A stretch of DNA of 64,000 nucleotides from an uncultured Candidatus Saccharibacteria bacterium (GTDB lineage Bacteria > Patescibacteriota > Dojkabacteria > J137): positions 928,859 through 992,858 of the forward strand of contig OZ246402.1 in assembly GCA_965230975.1 (NCBI GenBank), in the 5' to 3' direction. How positions within the stretch are numbered: the first letter of the stretch is position 1; every line of letters starts with the position of its first letter. The notes beneath the pieces were generated by a model that had not been told where the DNA came from, did not search any database, and worked only from the letters and a program-made list of their open reading frames with translations. The translations under genes were made by a program, and so were the position numbers. Positions 20,376 to 31,389 of this stretch are shown here, piece after piece.

Positions 20376-22616
20376 ATGGATTTTAAAAAAGGCAATTGGC
20401 AAGAAGAAATTGATGTACGGGACTTTATTCAAAAAAACTACACAGCATATAGTGGAGATGAAAGCTTTTTGGCTGGAGCAACAGAAAGAACAAGAGATTT
20501 GTGGGATAAAACTTCAGAACTAATCAAAAAGGAACTTGAAAAAGGAATTTTAGATTTAGATGTAAACACACCATCAACAATTGTAAGCCATAAGGCTGGT
20601 TATATAGATCAAGAAAAAGAGATTATTGTAGGACTTCAGACAGATGCCCCTTTAAAAAGAGCTATTAAGCCTTTTGGAGGAATTAAATTGGTAGAAGCAG
20701 CAGCAAAGGAATATGGATATCAAATCCCGCAAGAAGTTTCGGACATATTTATTAAATACAGAAAAACACATAATGATGGAGTTTTTAGTGCATACAATTG
20801 TGATCAAAGATTATTAAGAAGCAAACATGTTATTACTGGTTTACCAGATAATTATGGTAGAGGAAGAATAATCGGAGATTACAGAAGAGTAGCACTTTAT
20901 GGAGTAGATCAATTGATTCAAGACAAGCAAAAGTACCTAAGCGACATGGATGGAGAAATGACAGAAGAGACAGTAAGAAAAAGAGAAGAGGTATCTACAC
21001 AAATAGAGTCATTAACTAAACTTAAAGAGATGGCACAAATGTACGGTTTTGATATTTCTAAACCAGCAGTTGATTCTAAAGAGGCTATTCAATGGATTTA
21101 CTTTGCTTACCTTGCATCTGTAAAAGAACAAGATGGAGCAGCAATGTCTTTGGGTAGAATTGATGCATTTTTAGATATCTATTTTGAACAAGATTTAGCA
21201 TCTAAAAAGTATACAGAAGAGCAATTACAAGAGATGGTAGATGACTTTGTAATAAAGTTAAGAATAGTAAGACACTTAAGACCAAAACTATATAATGACT
21301 TATACGCTGGAGACCCAACATGGATAACTATGGTACTTGGTGGAACAGACTTAGATGGTAATAATTTAGTAACAAAAACCTCTTTTAGATTTTTGCATAC
21401 ACTTACAAATTTAGGCCCAGCACCAGAACCAAACTTAACAGTATTGTGGGGAAAAGAATTACCACAATCTTGGAAAGATTATTGTGCAAAACAATCAATT
21501 ACATCAAGCTCTATTCAATACGAAAACGATGACTTAATGAAACCATATTACGGAGACGACTATGCAATAGCATGTTGTGTTTCTGGAATGGAAGTAGGTA
21601 AAGCAATGCAATTTTTTGGAGCCAGGTGTAACTTAGCAAAAGTCTTATTACTAACAATCAATGGTGGCAAAGAAGAACCTCTTACACACAAAGAAGGACA
21701 CAAAGGTGGAGACGTTATTGTCCCAAATAAAGATGCCTTAAACTCTAATGAATATTTAGATTATGATGAGCTTTACCCAAGGTTCTTAGAGATGATGGAT
21801 TGGTTAGCAGAAAGATATGTAAACACAATGAATATAATTCATTACATGCACGATAAATACAACTACGAAGGAGTTCAAATGGCATTACATGATGTAGATG
21901 TAAAAAGATATATGGCATTTGGCATTGCAGGATTATCTGTAGTTGCAGATTCTTTAAGTGCAATTAAATATGCAAAAGTAAAACCAATTTGGAACGAAAA
22001 TGGAGTTGCTGAAAGTTATGAAATCAAAGGTGATTATCCTAAGTACGGAAACGATGATAACAGAGTAGATGACATAGCTGTTGACCTTGTTAAGCACTTT
22101 GCAACATGTTTAAGAAAATACAAAACATATAGAAATGCAATTCATACATTGTCAGTATTAACAATTACTTTCAATGTATTCTACGGAGACGGAACTGGTT
22201 CTACACCAGACGGTAGACTTTCTGGAGTAGCATTTGCACCTGGTGCAAACCCAATGCACGGTAGAGATGAAAATGGAGCATTAGCATCTTTAAATACAGT
22301 TGCTAAACTACCTTACAGTTATTGTCAGGACGGAATTTCAAACACATTCTCAATTGTTCCAACCTCTTTAGGTAAGTCAGAAGATGAACAAACAGACAAC
22401 TTGGTTCAATTAATGGATGGATACTTTGTAGGAAAAGGAGCTCACCATTTAAACGTAAATGTTTTAGATAAAGAAACATTATTAGATGCTCAAGCTCATC
22501 CAGAAAAATACCCACAATTAACAATTAGAGTTAGTGGATATGCAGTGTTATTTAATAGATTAAGCAAACATCAACAAGACGAAGTGATTGCAAGAACATT
22601 CCATGAACGAATCTAA
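20376..22616 (+). CDS. pflB: pyruvate formate-lyase (formate C-acetyltransferase)
   Basis: IACCVS twin cysteines; C-terminal glycyl-radical motif IRVSGY. Confidence 0.98.
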   Translation: MDFKKGNWQEEIDVRDFIQKNYTAYSGDESFLAGATERTRDLWDKTSELIKKELEKGILDLDVNTPSTIVSHKAGYIDQEKEIIVGLQTDAPLKRAIKPFGGIKLVEAAAKEYGYQIPQEVSDIFIKYRKTHNDGVFSAYNCDQRLLRSKHVITGLPDNYGRGRIIGDYRRVALYGVDQLIQDKQKYLSDMDGEMTEETVRKREEVSTQIESLTKLKEMAQMYGFDISKPAVDSKEAIQWIYFAYLASVKEQDGAAMSLGRIDAFLDIYFEQDLASKKYTEEQLQEMVDDFVIKLRIVRHLRPKLYNDLYAGDPTWITMVLGGTDLDGNNLVTKTSFRFLHTLTNLGPAPEPNLTVLWGKELPQSWKDYCAKQSITSSSIQYENDDLMKPYYGDDYAIACCVSGMEVGKAMQFFGARCNLAKVLLLTINGGKEEPLTHKEGHKGGDVIVPNKDALNSNEYLDYDELYPRFLEMMDWLAERYVNTMNIIHYMHDKYNYEGVQMALHDVDVKRYMAFGIAGLSVVADSLSAIKYAKVKPIWNENGVAESYEIKGDYPKYGNDDNRVDDIAVDLVKHFATCLRKYKTYRNAIHTLSVLTITFNVFYGDGTGSTPDGRLSGVAFAPGANPMHGRDENGALASLNTVAKLPYSYCQDGISNTFSIVPTSLGKSEDEQTDNLVQLMDGYFVGKGAHHLNVNVLDKETLLDAQAHPEKYPQLTIRVSGYAVLFNRLSKHQQDEVIARTFHERI

Positions 22617-23427
22617 CTCAACATCTGAAATTAAAGGCCGGGTCCATTCAATCCAATCTTTTGGAACGGTGGATGGACCCGGCCTTAGAACTGTAATCTT
22701 CTTTCAAGGTTGCCCACTAAAGTGCAAATATTGCCACAATATTGATATGGGAGAGAGAAATTTAGGTAAAGAATACACTGTAGAACAACTTTCTAAAGAG
22801 GTTTTGAAATATAGAGAGTATTGGGAAGGAAGTTCAAAAACTAAGGACGAGATGAAATCTGAGTCAGAAAGTGGAACAGACAAAGTAAAAGGTGGAGTTA
22901 CTTTTAGTGGCGGAGAACCAACCTACCAATCTGACTTTGTTGCACAACTTGCAGCAAAACTGAAATCGGAAGGAGTTCATACAACAATAGATACCTGTTT
23001 TGGAACTGCAAAATCTGTTGTAGATAAGCTGTATCCTCACATAGATTACTGGATGGTTTCTATAAAACACTTGTTAAAAGAGGAGCATCATAAACTAACT
23101 GGTGTTTTAAATACTCATATATTAGAAAACATTCAACACTTAGATGCCCGATTGGCAGAAAGTAATGAAAAACGATTAAGGATCAGATTTTTAGTAATCC
23201 CAGGAATTACAGATTCAGAAGATCATATAAAAATGCTTGCAGAATATTTATCTAAACTAAAAAGCCTTGATATTGCAGAAATCTTACCCTATGGCACACA
23301 TGGTAAATATAAGTGGCTTGAAATATATGGCAAGTACGAACTTGAAGGAATTCCAGATGCCACAAAAGAAGATGTAGAAAAGGTAAAAGCTGTACTAAAA
23401 GAATATGGAATAAAAACAATGGGGTAA
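22603..23427 (+). CDS. pflA: pyruvate formate-lyase activating enzyme (radical SAM)
   Basis: [27 protein letters not shown]; overlaps the pflB stop. Confidence 0.95.
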   Translation: MNESNSTSEIKGRVHSIQSFGTVDGPGLRTVIFFQGCPLKCKYCHNIDMGERNLGKEYTVEQLSKEVLKYREYWEGSSKTKDEMKSESESGTDKVKGGVTFSGGEPTYQSDFVAQLAAKLKSEGVHTTIDTCFGTAKSVVDKLYPHIDYWMVSIKHLLKEEHHKLTGVLNTHILENIQHLDARLAESNEKRLRIRFLVIPGITDSEDHIKMLAEYLSKLKSLDIAEILPYGTHGKYKWLEIYGKYELEGIPDATKEDVEKVKAVLKEYGIKTMG

Positions 23428-23564
23428 AGTTACCACACAAATTGTTTTCTTAAGATTTTGTAGTAGTAGCATATTGGTTCGTTTATATGAGAGAATCAAA
23501 AAGTGCTCATAAGTAAATTAATTAAGAAATTGTATATTTAAGGATATTACTGTAAAACAATATA

Positions 23565-23585
23565 ACTATATAACGGTAAAACTAT
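23565..23585 (+). promoter_or_regulatory. candidate operator shared with the gap upstream region
   Basis: actatataacggtaaaactat, 19/21 identical to 4034-4054. Confidence 0.4.
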
Positions 23586-23607
23586 TTAAATTATTACTTT
23601 AAAGTTT

Positions 23608-25743
23608 ATGTCAGACTTAGATTTTTTATTCAAGCCAAAATCAGTTGCCATTGTTGGCGTTTCAGAAGATCCTATAAAACTAGGTTCTGTATTAATGTCC
23701 AATTTAATAAAAGCAGGCTACGAAGGTGAAATTTACCCTGTAAATCCTAAATATCAAGAATTAATGGGATTAAAAGTATATCCATCAATTGCTTCCATTC
23801 CAACAGATGTAGATTTAGTTTGCGTCGTTGTTCCTCCACAATTTGTAAAAGGAATTTTAGAAGAATCAGGTACAAAAAATGTTAAGGGAGCTGTAATTAT
23901 TACTGCAGGGTTTAAAGAAGTTGGAGACGAAGGTATTAAATTAGAAAACGAGATTCAAGAGGTTGCTACAAAAAATAATATTAGAATACTTGGTCCAAAC
24001 TGCTTGGGTGCAATTATCCCTGGTTCTAAAGTTAACGTATCTTTTGCTGCATCAAAGCCAAAAGATGGAAACATAGCATTTCTTTCTCAATCTGGAGCAT
24101 TCTGTACAGCTATTTTAGACATGTCTTTAGAAAAGAACTTAGGATTTTCTCATTTTATCTCTTTTGGAAACAAAGCAGATATTAACGAAAACGACCTAAT
24201 TGAAAACTGGATTGCAGATGATTCAGTTAAAGTTATTGGTGGTTACATAGAAGAAATTAGCGCAGGACACAAATTAACAGAGATGTATACAGCTTCTAAA
24301 GCTAAAAAACCATTAATTATTTTGAAACCTGGTGAAAGTCAAGAAGCTCAAAAAGCTATCTCTTCACACACTGGTTCAATGGCTGGTTCAATTCAAACAT
24401 TCAAAACTGCAATGGAGCAATCTGGAATTGTTGTTGCAACCGAAGTTAATCAAATGTTTAACATGATGATGTCATTTTCATGGTCAGTTTTACCAAAGGG
24501 AAATAGAGTAGCGATAATCACAAATGCAGGAGGTCCTGGAATTATCGCTACAGATGCAATTATGAATCATGGCTTAAAAATGGCAGAAATTTCAGAAGAG
24601 ACAAAAGCAAAAATAAAACCATTCTTGCCAGTAACTGCAAGTTTACACAATCCTGTAGACGTTATTGGAGACGCATTAGCAGAAAGATTTAAAGCCCCTA
24701 TTGATGTTTTAATAGAAGATGAGAATGTAGATGCAATATTAATTATTTTGACACCTCAACTTGTAACTCAAGTAGAAGATACTGCAAAATTAATAATTAA
24801 TAGTGCAAAAATTAGCAAAAAACCTATTTACCCAGTGTTCTTGGGTGGTAAATACGTTTCTTTTGGTTTACAAAGACTTTACGATGAAAACATTCCTGCA
24901 TTTAGGTACATTAAAGATGCTGTAGATGTAATAGAGGCTATGTATAAATATAGCAACTATCTTTCACAAAATTTTGAAGCATTACATACAGCAAAGCAAG
25001 AAACAATGAAACTTGTTTCTACAGGTAAGTATAAAGCCGAAGTTGAAGCTTGCACAACAAAAGAAACTACAGCCCTACCTGAAAAATTAGTAGCAATGTT
25101 GGCAGAAGAAGCTGGGATAGAATTACCAAAGCAGGTAGTTAGTACATCTTTAGAACAAGGCTTAGAATTTGCAAAACCTATTTTCCCAGTTGTATTAAAA
25201 GCAACAACAGATGTGATTGCCCATAAAACCGAAAAGAAGGCTTTGTATTTAAACATTGCTAGTGATGAAGATTTTAGAGCTGCTTATACAGAACTTGAAA
25301 CTATGATTAGAACAGAGTTTAATGTTGCAACTCCAACAATTTTAATTCAAGAACAAATTAAAGCAGAAGAGGAGATCTTTATTGGAGCTAATAGAGATGG
25401 TGGTAGTAACGTTTACGAAAAAGATATGCCTGGTTTTGGTCACTTAATTGCATTTGGAAAAGGTGGAATTTATACAGAAGTATATAAAGATATTAATTAT
25501 GCTTTAGTGCCTGCAACTAGAGAAACTATGCTAACAAATCTTAAAAAAACTAAGATTATGAAGATTGTTGAAGGCGCAAGAGGAAAAGGTCCATTAGCTT
25601 TAGAAAAGCTATTAGATGTAATAGAAGCTGTTCAAAAGATGGTATTAATGTACCCTGAAATTGAGAGTTTGGATATAAACCCAATACTACTAACTCAAAC
25701 AAGAGCTGTAACAGTAGATTTAAAGATCTTTTTAAAAAAATAA
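23608..25743 (+). CDS. acetate--CoA ligase (ADP-forming), fused alpha-beta
   Basis: PKSVAIVG CoA-binding start, GPNCLG, SQSG, SHTGS phospho-His, HKTE second His, LDINP ATP-grasp. Confidence 0.92.
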   Translation: MSDLDFLFKPKSVAIVGVSEDPIKLGSVLMSNLIKAGYEGEIYPVNPKYQELMGLKVYPSIASIPTDVDLVCVVVPPQFVKGILEESGTKNVKGAVIITAGFKEVGDEGIKLENEIQEVATKNNIRILGPNCLGAIIPGSKVNVSFAASKPKDGNIAFLSQSGAFCTAILDMSLEKNLGFSHFISFGNKADINENDLIENWIADDSVKVIGGYIEEISAGHKLTEMYTASKAKKPLIILKPGESQEAQKAISSHTGSMAGSIQTFKTAMEQSGIVVATEVNQMFNMMMSFSWSVLPKGNRVAIITNAGGPGIIATDAIMNHGLKMAEISEETKAKIKPFLPVTASLHNPVDVIGDALAERFKAPIDVLIEDENVDAILIILTPQLVTQVEDTAKLIINSAKISKKPIYPVFLGGKYVSFGLQRLYDENIPAFRYIKDAVDVIEAMYKYSNYLSQNFEALHTAKQETMKLVSTGKYKAEVEACTTKETTALPEKLVAMLAEEAGIELPKQVVSTSLEQGLEFAKPIFPVVLKATTDVIAHKTEKKALYLNIASDEDFRAAYTELETMIRTEFNVATPTILIQEQIKAEEEIFIGANRDGGSNVYEKDMPGFGHLIAFGKGGIYTEVYKDINYALVPATRETMLTNLKKTKIMKIVEGARGKGPLALEKLLDVIEAVQKMVLMYPEIESLDINPILLTQTRAVTVDLKIFLKK

Positions 25744-25762
25744 AGATTATAAAAACTTATTA

Positions 25763-25791
25763 AAGGGGCCCCGACGTTGTCGGGGCCCCTT
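25763..25791. terminator. CCCCGA-family hairpin, likely bidirectional terminator
   Basis: aaggggccccgac-gtt-gtcggggcccctt between convergent genes. Confidence 0.8.
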
Positions 25792-25828
25792 GTTTGTTAA
25801 TTCGAATTGATTTTAAAATTTTTAATCT

Positions 25829-26764
25829 TTAACTAGCGCTCTCTAAACTTTTAATATTCTTCTTTAAAACATCTACCGAGTGAGTAAACATAGCTTTTTC
25901 CCTATTACTTAAAGTCATCTCTTTAAAAATCTTTACGCCACTTGATCCGATTCTAACCGGTACACTAATTGCAACATCTTTATGCCCGTACTCACCATCT
26001 AGTAATGTACAAAGTGGCATTATTCTATTTTCATCTTTTAAAATTGCTTCTACAATTCTAGTTACCGCAGAACCAATTCCGTAATACGTTGCTTGTTTAC
26101 CCTTGATTATTTCATACGCTTTATCTCTCACTTCTTCGGTTATTTTAGAATAAGTTTGATCGTTAATCTCAATAAAATTTGATAGTGGAATACTAGATAC
26201 GCTTGCAGTACTTAAAGATGGGAATGATGTATCTCCATGTTCACCCAAAACATGTGCGTGAGTAGATGTAGTTCCAATACCCAGTTTTCTAGCTAAAACA
26301 ACTCTTAGTCTTGCACTATCTAAAAATGTTCCACTTCCAAATACCTGATTTGTTGGCAATCCTGATTCTTTTATTGCGATATAGGTTAGTACATCTACAG
26401 GGTTTGTAACCATTAATATAAATACATTTTTTTCTGTCTCTTTTATTTTATCTAAAACGCTTCTTATAATTTTTGCATTAATTTTTAATAAATCTAATCT
26501 TGTTTGTCCTGGTTTTTGTGCAGCTCCACAAGTAATTACTACAATATCGCCATCTTCTAAATCGCAATAATCACCTTTTCTAACTGTAATTCCTTTTGTA
26601 AAATTGCAAGAATCTTGCATATCTAAAACTTGTGCATTTACTAAATCATCTGCAATATCAATCATTAAGATTTCTTTAGAAAGTTCATTTGAAATTAAAC
26701 AATAGGCAATAGAAGAGCCTACATTTCCTGCACCCACAATAACAACTCGGTTAGACGGTCTCAT
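25829..26764 (-). CDS. ldh: L-lactate dehydrogenase
   Basis: GAGNVG, AQKPGQTRLDL (Gln specificity residue, LDH rather than MDH), GEHGD; start moved to MRPSNR. Confidence 0.93.
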   Translation of the reverse strand: MRPSNRVVIVGAGNVGSSIAYCLISNELSKEILMIDIADDLVNAQVLDMQDSCNFTKGITVRKGDYCDLEDGDIVVITCGAAQKPGQTRLDLLKINAKIIRSVLDKIKETEKNVFILMVTNPVDVLTYIAIKESGLPTNQVFGSGTFLDSARLRVVLARKLGIGTTSTHAHVLGEHGDTSFPSLSTASVSSIPLSNFIEINDQTYSKITEEVRDKAYEIIKGKQATYYGIGSAVTRIVEAILKDENRIMPLCTLLDGEYGHKDVAISVPVRIGSSGVKIFKEMTLSNREKAMFTHSVDVLKKNIKSLESAS

Positions 26765-26844
26765 AAATATAAAAATTAGTAATTTAAACACGTAATTGTA
26801 TATCTCATTATGAGTAAATGCAATAGCTATGTTATCATCGCAAA

Positions 26845-27492
26845 ATGACGAAAAATTTAAACGTAATCTACGGTCATCAATCCACATTTGTGGATAGGTA
26901 CAACGAACAACTCCTGCGGTTTATTCATTGTGGTTTAATTGCTTTGGAAAAAAATCAGACTATACTTGATGCAGGTTCTTATACTGGACATGCGGCTCAA
27001 GGACTTTTAAATCACTGGTCAGATCTACAACTACAAGTTACATGTTTAGATGTTAATTTTGGACCAGATAAAGTTGATGATTCCAGAATTAAATTTGTAT
27101 GTGGAGATTATTCAAATCTACCAAAAGATATTGGGAAATTTGACATAATACTTAGTGCAAATACTTTATCTTACGAACACTATGAACAGGAAATTTTTGA
27201 CTCTGATCAATCAATTGTTGATAGACTCAGTTCACTAATAGGAGCTTTAGCTCCCAATGGTAAGCTTATTATAATGACGGAGTTTAAAGATGCACCCACC
27301 TTAGTAATAAGTAAAGATGAAAGTGGGAATTTAATTCCGATGGATAAATCAGCTTACAGAAAATATTTAAGGGGCATGTATTTTGAGTATGACTCTGGAG
27401 ATGTTTTTTTTGGGAATAAAAAGGCGTTAGAAGATTTTGCTATTGCTCAACATATTTGTGAAGTTTTTAATAGAATTCATAGCGAGTCATAA
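26845..27492 (+). CDS. class I SAM-dependent methyltransferase-like protein
   Basis: ILDAGSYTG, TCLD, FVCGD, FDIIL, LAPNGKLII. Confidence 0.75.
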   Translation: MTKNLNVIYGHQSTFVDRYNEQLLRFIHCGLIALEKNQTILDAGSYTGHAAQGLLNHWSDLQLQVTCLDVNFGPDKVDDSRIKFVCGDYSNLPKDIGKFDIILSANTLSYEHYEQEIFDSDQSIVDRLSSLIGALAPNGKLIIMTEFKDAPTLVISKDESGNLIPMDKSAYRKYLRGMYFEYDSGDVFFGNKKALEDFAIAQHICEVFNRIHSES

Positions 27493-27494
27493 AC

Positions 27495-28253
27495 ATGGAT
27501 AGATTTGAAAAAGATCAATTAAAAATCGAAATTAGGCTAGATTTAGAGAAAGAGTTAGAACAAATAACTGCTAAATTTATTTCAGATGAGACTGAACGGA
27601 TTAAAAGAGGTATTAAGCCATGGGATAAATGGAGCAGTGACTACGATTTTATTATGGAGGAATTAATTGGAAATAGTGTTCTAGTCTATTTAATAGAGAG
27701 GTTTGGGTTAAACCCATTAAATGCTTTAGAGCTGTTTGGATTTGGTAATATTCATTTAAGTTTACCTGATAGGTCAAGAGTTATTGCGATAGGTACAAAT
27801 AACTATTTAAATTTGCCTACTGCGAAAGATATAGAATCACTTTACACTTTTATACAAGCTGATTTTTATAATCCAAATACAATAATTCAAACCGAAGAAG
27901 TAATTAAGGCAAAAGGAATTGAAGATATTGATGCATTATTTTGTATTCCGCGCGGGCCATTTGGGTTGGTTTTTGAAAGATTAATGGAAAAATATAAAAA
28001 TAATCAAGAGATTGTTTTTAAAGTAATTGGAATATATTTCTTAGAAAAACTTGAAGAGTATATAAAGTTATTATCTCCAATTGGAGTAGCTTTTATTCAA
28101 ATACCCATATATTTTGCTTGGTTTAACTCCTCGTTTGTAAGATATTTAGTAAGAAGGTTAAAACATTTGGGTTTTAATTTAGAACTCACTAGAAATAGAA
28201 AATACGCCCTAATTACTAGGGCATATTTAGAAAAATCTATTAATGAAGCTTAA
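27495..28253 (+). CDS. hypothetical protein, degenerate methyltransferase-like
   Basis: ALELFGFG, FIQADF, LLSPIGVAFIQ spaced like a Rossmann MTase. Confidence 0.55.
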   Translation: MDRFEKDQLKIEIRLDLEKELEQITAKFISDETERIKRGIKPWDKWSSDYDFIMEELIGNSVLVYLIERFGLNPLNALELFGFGNIHLSLPDRSRVIAIGTNNYLNLPTAKDIESLYTFIQADFYNPNTIIQTEEVIKAKGIEDIDALFCIPRGPFGLVFERLMEKYKNNQEIVFKVIGIYFLEKLEEYIKLLSPIGVAFIQIPIYFAWFNSSFVRYLVRRLKHLGFNLELTRNRKYALITRAYLEKSINEA

Positions 28254-28254
28254 A

Positions 28255-29325
28255 TTACGCAATTGTAACTTCGGGGCAAAGGTAAACATCTTGAACAGCA
28301 TTTAACAATTTAACACCTTCTTCAAATGGTTTTTGAAATGCTTTTCTACCTAAGATTAAGCCACTTCCACCAGCTCTTTTATTAATAACAGCAGTTTCGA
28401 TTGCTTCTTGTAAATCATTATTTCCACTTGCTCCACCAGAACTAATCAAAGGAATCTTGCCCAAATAGCCATTAGCAACTTGATACTTTGTTAAATCAAT
28501 AGGATGGTCTGTAGAAAGTTCTGTATACATTCTCTCGTCTAATTTACCGTAACTAGAATCACCAGTGTTTAAAGCTTTATAACCTCCATTTAGAGTTGGT
28601 AATTTTTGCTTAACAATATCCGCCTCAATTGTTACGCCAAGATGATTTGCTTGACCAGAAAGATCTGCAGATGTGTGGTAATCAACTCCATCTTTTTTAA
28701 ATGCACCATTTCTTGTATAGCACCAAAGAATAGTGAACATTCCTAATTCGTGTGCCAAAGCGAAAGCTTGGGACACTTCTTGAAGTTGTCTTGTTGACTC
28801 AGGAGATCCAAAGTAAATTGTGGCTCCTACTCCACGGGCCCCCATGTTAAACGCTTGTTTTACAGATGCAAACATTACTTGATCTGCTTTGTTAGGATAA
28901 GTTAAAAGTTCGTTGTGATTAATTTTTACAACAAAAGGTAATTTGTCTGCATATTTTTTACTTACCAAACCCAAAACACCTAAAGTAGAAGCAACACCAC
29001 TGCAACCTGCTTCTAGAGCAAGTTTTACAATGTTTTCTGGGTCAAAGTACATTGGGTTTTTAGCAAAACTTGCACCAGCAGAATGTTCAATTCCTTGATC
29101 TACTGGGAAAATTGATAAATAACCTGAGTTTGATAGTCTTCCTGCACCGTAAAGTGCTTTTAAATTTTCTTGAACCTTTTCACTTCTATCAGAAAAGTGC
29201 ATAACTTCATCTACCCAATTTGCATTTGGTTTGTAAAATTCTTGCCCTGCAAAAGTAGGGGATTTATAATCTAGCAAAAATGCTGCCTTGTCTGCAAGAA
29301 CAGATTGGATTTCTGCGTATGTCAT
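28255..29325 (-). CDS. fbaB: class I fructose-bisphosphate aldolase (DhnA/FbaB)
   Basis: [39 protein letters not shown]. Confidence 0.96.
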   Translation of the reverse strand: MTYAEIQSVLADKAAFLLDYKSPTFAGQEFYKPNANWVDEVMHFSDRSEKVQENLKALYGAGRLSNSGYLSIFPVDQGIEHSAGASFAKNPMYFDPENIVKLALEAGCSGVASTLGVLGLVSKKYADKLPFVVKINHNELLTYPNKADQVMFASVKQAFNMGARGVGATIYFGSPESTRQLQEVSQAFALAHELGMFTILWCYTRNGAFKKDGVDYHTSADLSGQANHLGVTIEADIVKQKLPTLNGGYKALNTGDSSYGKLDERMYTELSTDHPIDLTKYQVANGYLGKIPLISSGGASGNNDLQEAIETAVINKRAGGSGLILGRKAFQKPFEEGVKLLNAVQDVYLCPEVTIA

Positions 29326-29509
29326 AGAATAGTTTTAAGTAATAAGTTATAAATTCATAGGACTATTGTCCTATGTTTTTTTGTAATAAGTACAAGCTTT
29401 CTAAAGAGTGTAACTTACACAAACAATAAGTTTTTAGATTTAAAATAAATCAATAAGTAAACTTTGAATAAATATAGTTTAGCATTAAAGCTTTAAGATT
29501 CTTATTAAA

Positions 29510-29905
29510 TTATGCCTCGCCTTGAAAATTTAAATCCAATTTCCAACAATTATTGTTTCTTACAAAGTCACTTATATAAGATTGGTCAATAATTCCAGAG
29601 CAAGAAGCTACAGTCTCAGAAAATAGAAACTTACATTGCATATCTCCTGACTGATTAATAAAAAAATTGGCAAAATAGGATCTGAGCCTTGGTTTAAGAA
29701 TTGTAATATAATCTTCTGTTATGAATAAATGGACTGTTATATAGCCAGTAATATCTACATTAACAAAAGCTGATGCTTTATCTAAAGGTATCAGATTTTC
29801 ATTTAACCATGCTTTGATTTCCTCTCTCAAAGTTGGAATTTCTTTTATAATATCTTGCCTTACTACTCTTGTTGCTAGCAAATTCATTTCCCCGCCAATA
29901 CCCAT
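29510..29905 (-). CDS. hypothetical protein (orphan) downstream of tpiA
   Basis: 131-aa ORF starting 24 nt after the tpiA stop. Confidence 0.65.
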   Translation of the reverse strand: MGIGGEMNLLATRVVRQDIIKEIPTLREEIKAWLNENLIPLDKASAFVNVDITGYITVHLFITEDYITILKPRLRSYFANFFINQSGDMQCKFLFSETVASCSGIIDQSYISDFVRNNNCWKLDLNFQGEA

Positions 29906-29929
29906 TTATTTAATATAAAAAATAAACCC

Positions 29930-30601
29930 TTATCCTAAAAATGGTGTTGCTAATTCTAATAACTTTGCACTTTTATCTTCTGCTTTAACATATGCAGATG
30001 CAAGTAAAACACCTTCTGCACCAAGCTTTAAAGAATTTGCAACATCTTCACCAGTAGAAACACCTGCCCCAATAATTGCCATGGTTTTGCCTTTAATAGT
30101 TTTAATAAATTCAGTAACAGCTTCTGGTCTTGTTGTAACAGAAATTCCAGATCCGATTAAATCTTTTGGTTCGTAAGCAATTGCAAATGGATTTGCTTCT
30201 AAAATTTTATTTGCCTCTGTAACATTCTCACAACAAACAACAAGTCTAATACCCTTAGCTTGAATGTCTTTTATGTCTTCTACAATTGTATCCATATTTT
30301 GCCTATTTTCGCTATGATTGTAAATTGCTAAATCTAGCCCTAAAGAAATTAGATTATCTGCAGGAATCCAACCGGTTGTACTACCAGCAGATTTACTGCT
30401 AACTGTTTGGGAAGCGATCTTTACTTTTGAGTATTTATTTTTTAAATCTGCCAAATAAATATTTGAAGGAGCAGCAACAACAAGTTCTGCTAACCTTGGA
30501 TTATTTTCAATTTCCGAATTTAAAGAATCAAAAATGTTGTATATATTAGAACCTGTGGATTCTGTATAAGTTTTTAAATTTAGAATAAGCATTTTAAACA
30601 A
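29930..30601 (-). CDS. tpiA: triosephosphate isomerase, short archaeal type
   Basis: NLKTY, NHSE, AYEPKDLIGSG, GAGVS, GVLLAS; 223 aa. Confidence 0.93.
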   Translation of the reverse strand: MFKMLILNLKTYTESTGSNIYNIFDSLNSEIENNPRLAELVVAAPSNIYLADLKNKYSKVKIASQTVSSKSAGSTTGWIPADNLISLGLDLAIYNHSENRQNMDTIVEDIKDIQAKGIRLVVCCENVTEANKILEANPFAIAYEPKDLIGSGISVTTRPEAVTEFIKTIKGKTMAIIGAGVSTGEDVANSLKLGAEGVLLASAYVKAEDKSAKLLELATPFLG

Positions 30602-30733
30602 TTAAGATATAAATTAGAAAATATTAAATTTGTTATATAGATTATATACGCATACTACCCAATTACTCTAGCTCAAAAATGATTTTTCGAGTAAGATAGA
30701 AAAACAAAACACTTAAATTATTAAATTTTAATT

Positions 30734-31330
30734 ATGGCTAATTCAAAAACAATGATTGAAGATGAAGAAATATTACCTGAAGAAGAAGTGATTCAAGAAG
30801 GTGAAACTCTAGATGAAGAAGAGCTACCACCAGAAGATGAAAGCCTAGAAGAAGAAGCGATCTTGACATCTGAAGTTATTAATGACTCGGAGATACTAGA
30901 TACTGCAGGAGTATCAGAAGAAGATATTGGAATGTTAAGCGATGAAAATTTAGATAAAGTTGAGGAATATTTTAGGCTAAAGGGTGTTATGAGAACTTTG
31001 AGAAATGATTTAAAAGATCACAAGGCTCAAATGCCAGACAATCAAGAATTAGATAAACTTTCAAAAAAAGTTAAAGAGCTTAGAGAAAAAGTTAAAGATG
31101 ATGAAACAGTAAAAACTTTAACCGAAAAAATGCAAACAACAAAAGAAAGAGTAGAGCTGTTAAAAGAATTAATAAGAATAGAGCTTTTAGAAACAGCAAA
31201 AGAAGAGGTAAAAAGACATGGTAGAAAGTTAAAACTTGTACACATATTAAAAGAGATGAAAGACCAAGATGAAAACGCCGGCAAGAAAAAACCATTTAAA
31301 GGTGGTGGGAAATCTATTTTTAGGAATTAA
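30734..31330 (+). CDS. hypothetical protein: acidic N-terminus, coiled coil, basic tail
   Basis: E/D-rich first ~75 aa; own terminator. Confidence 0.8.
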   Translation: MANSKTMIEDEEILPEEEVIQEGETLDEEELPPEDESLEEEAILTSEVINDSEILDTAGVSEEDIGMLSDENLDKVEEYFRLKGVMRTLRNDLKDHKAQMPDNQELDKLSKKVKELREKVKDDETVKTLTEKMQTTKERVELLKELIRIELLETAKEEVKRHGRKLKLVHILKEMKDQDENAGKKKPFKGGGKSIFRN

Positions 31331-31340
31331 AACGTTTTAC

Positions 31341-31372
31341 AAAGCGGGAAACTTTCAGTTTCCCGCTTTTTT
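31341..31372 (+). terminator. Rho-independent terminator
   Basis: aaagcgggaaact-ttc-agtttcccgcttt followed by a T-run. Confidence 0.85.
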
Positions 31373-31389
31373 AAAGCTTCTTTATAAAC

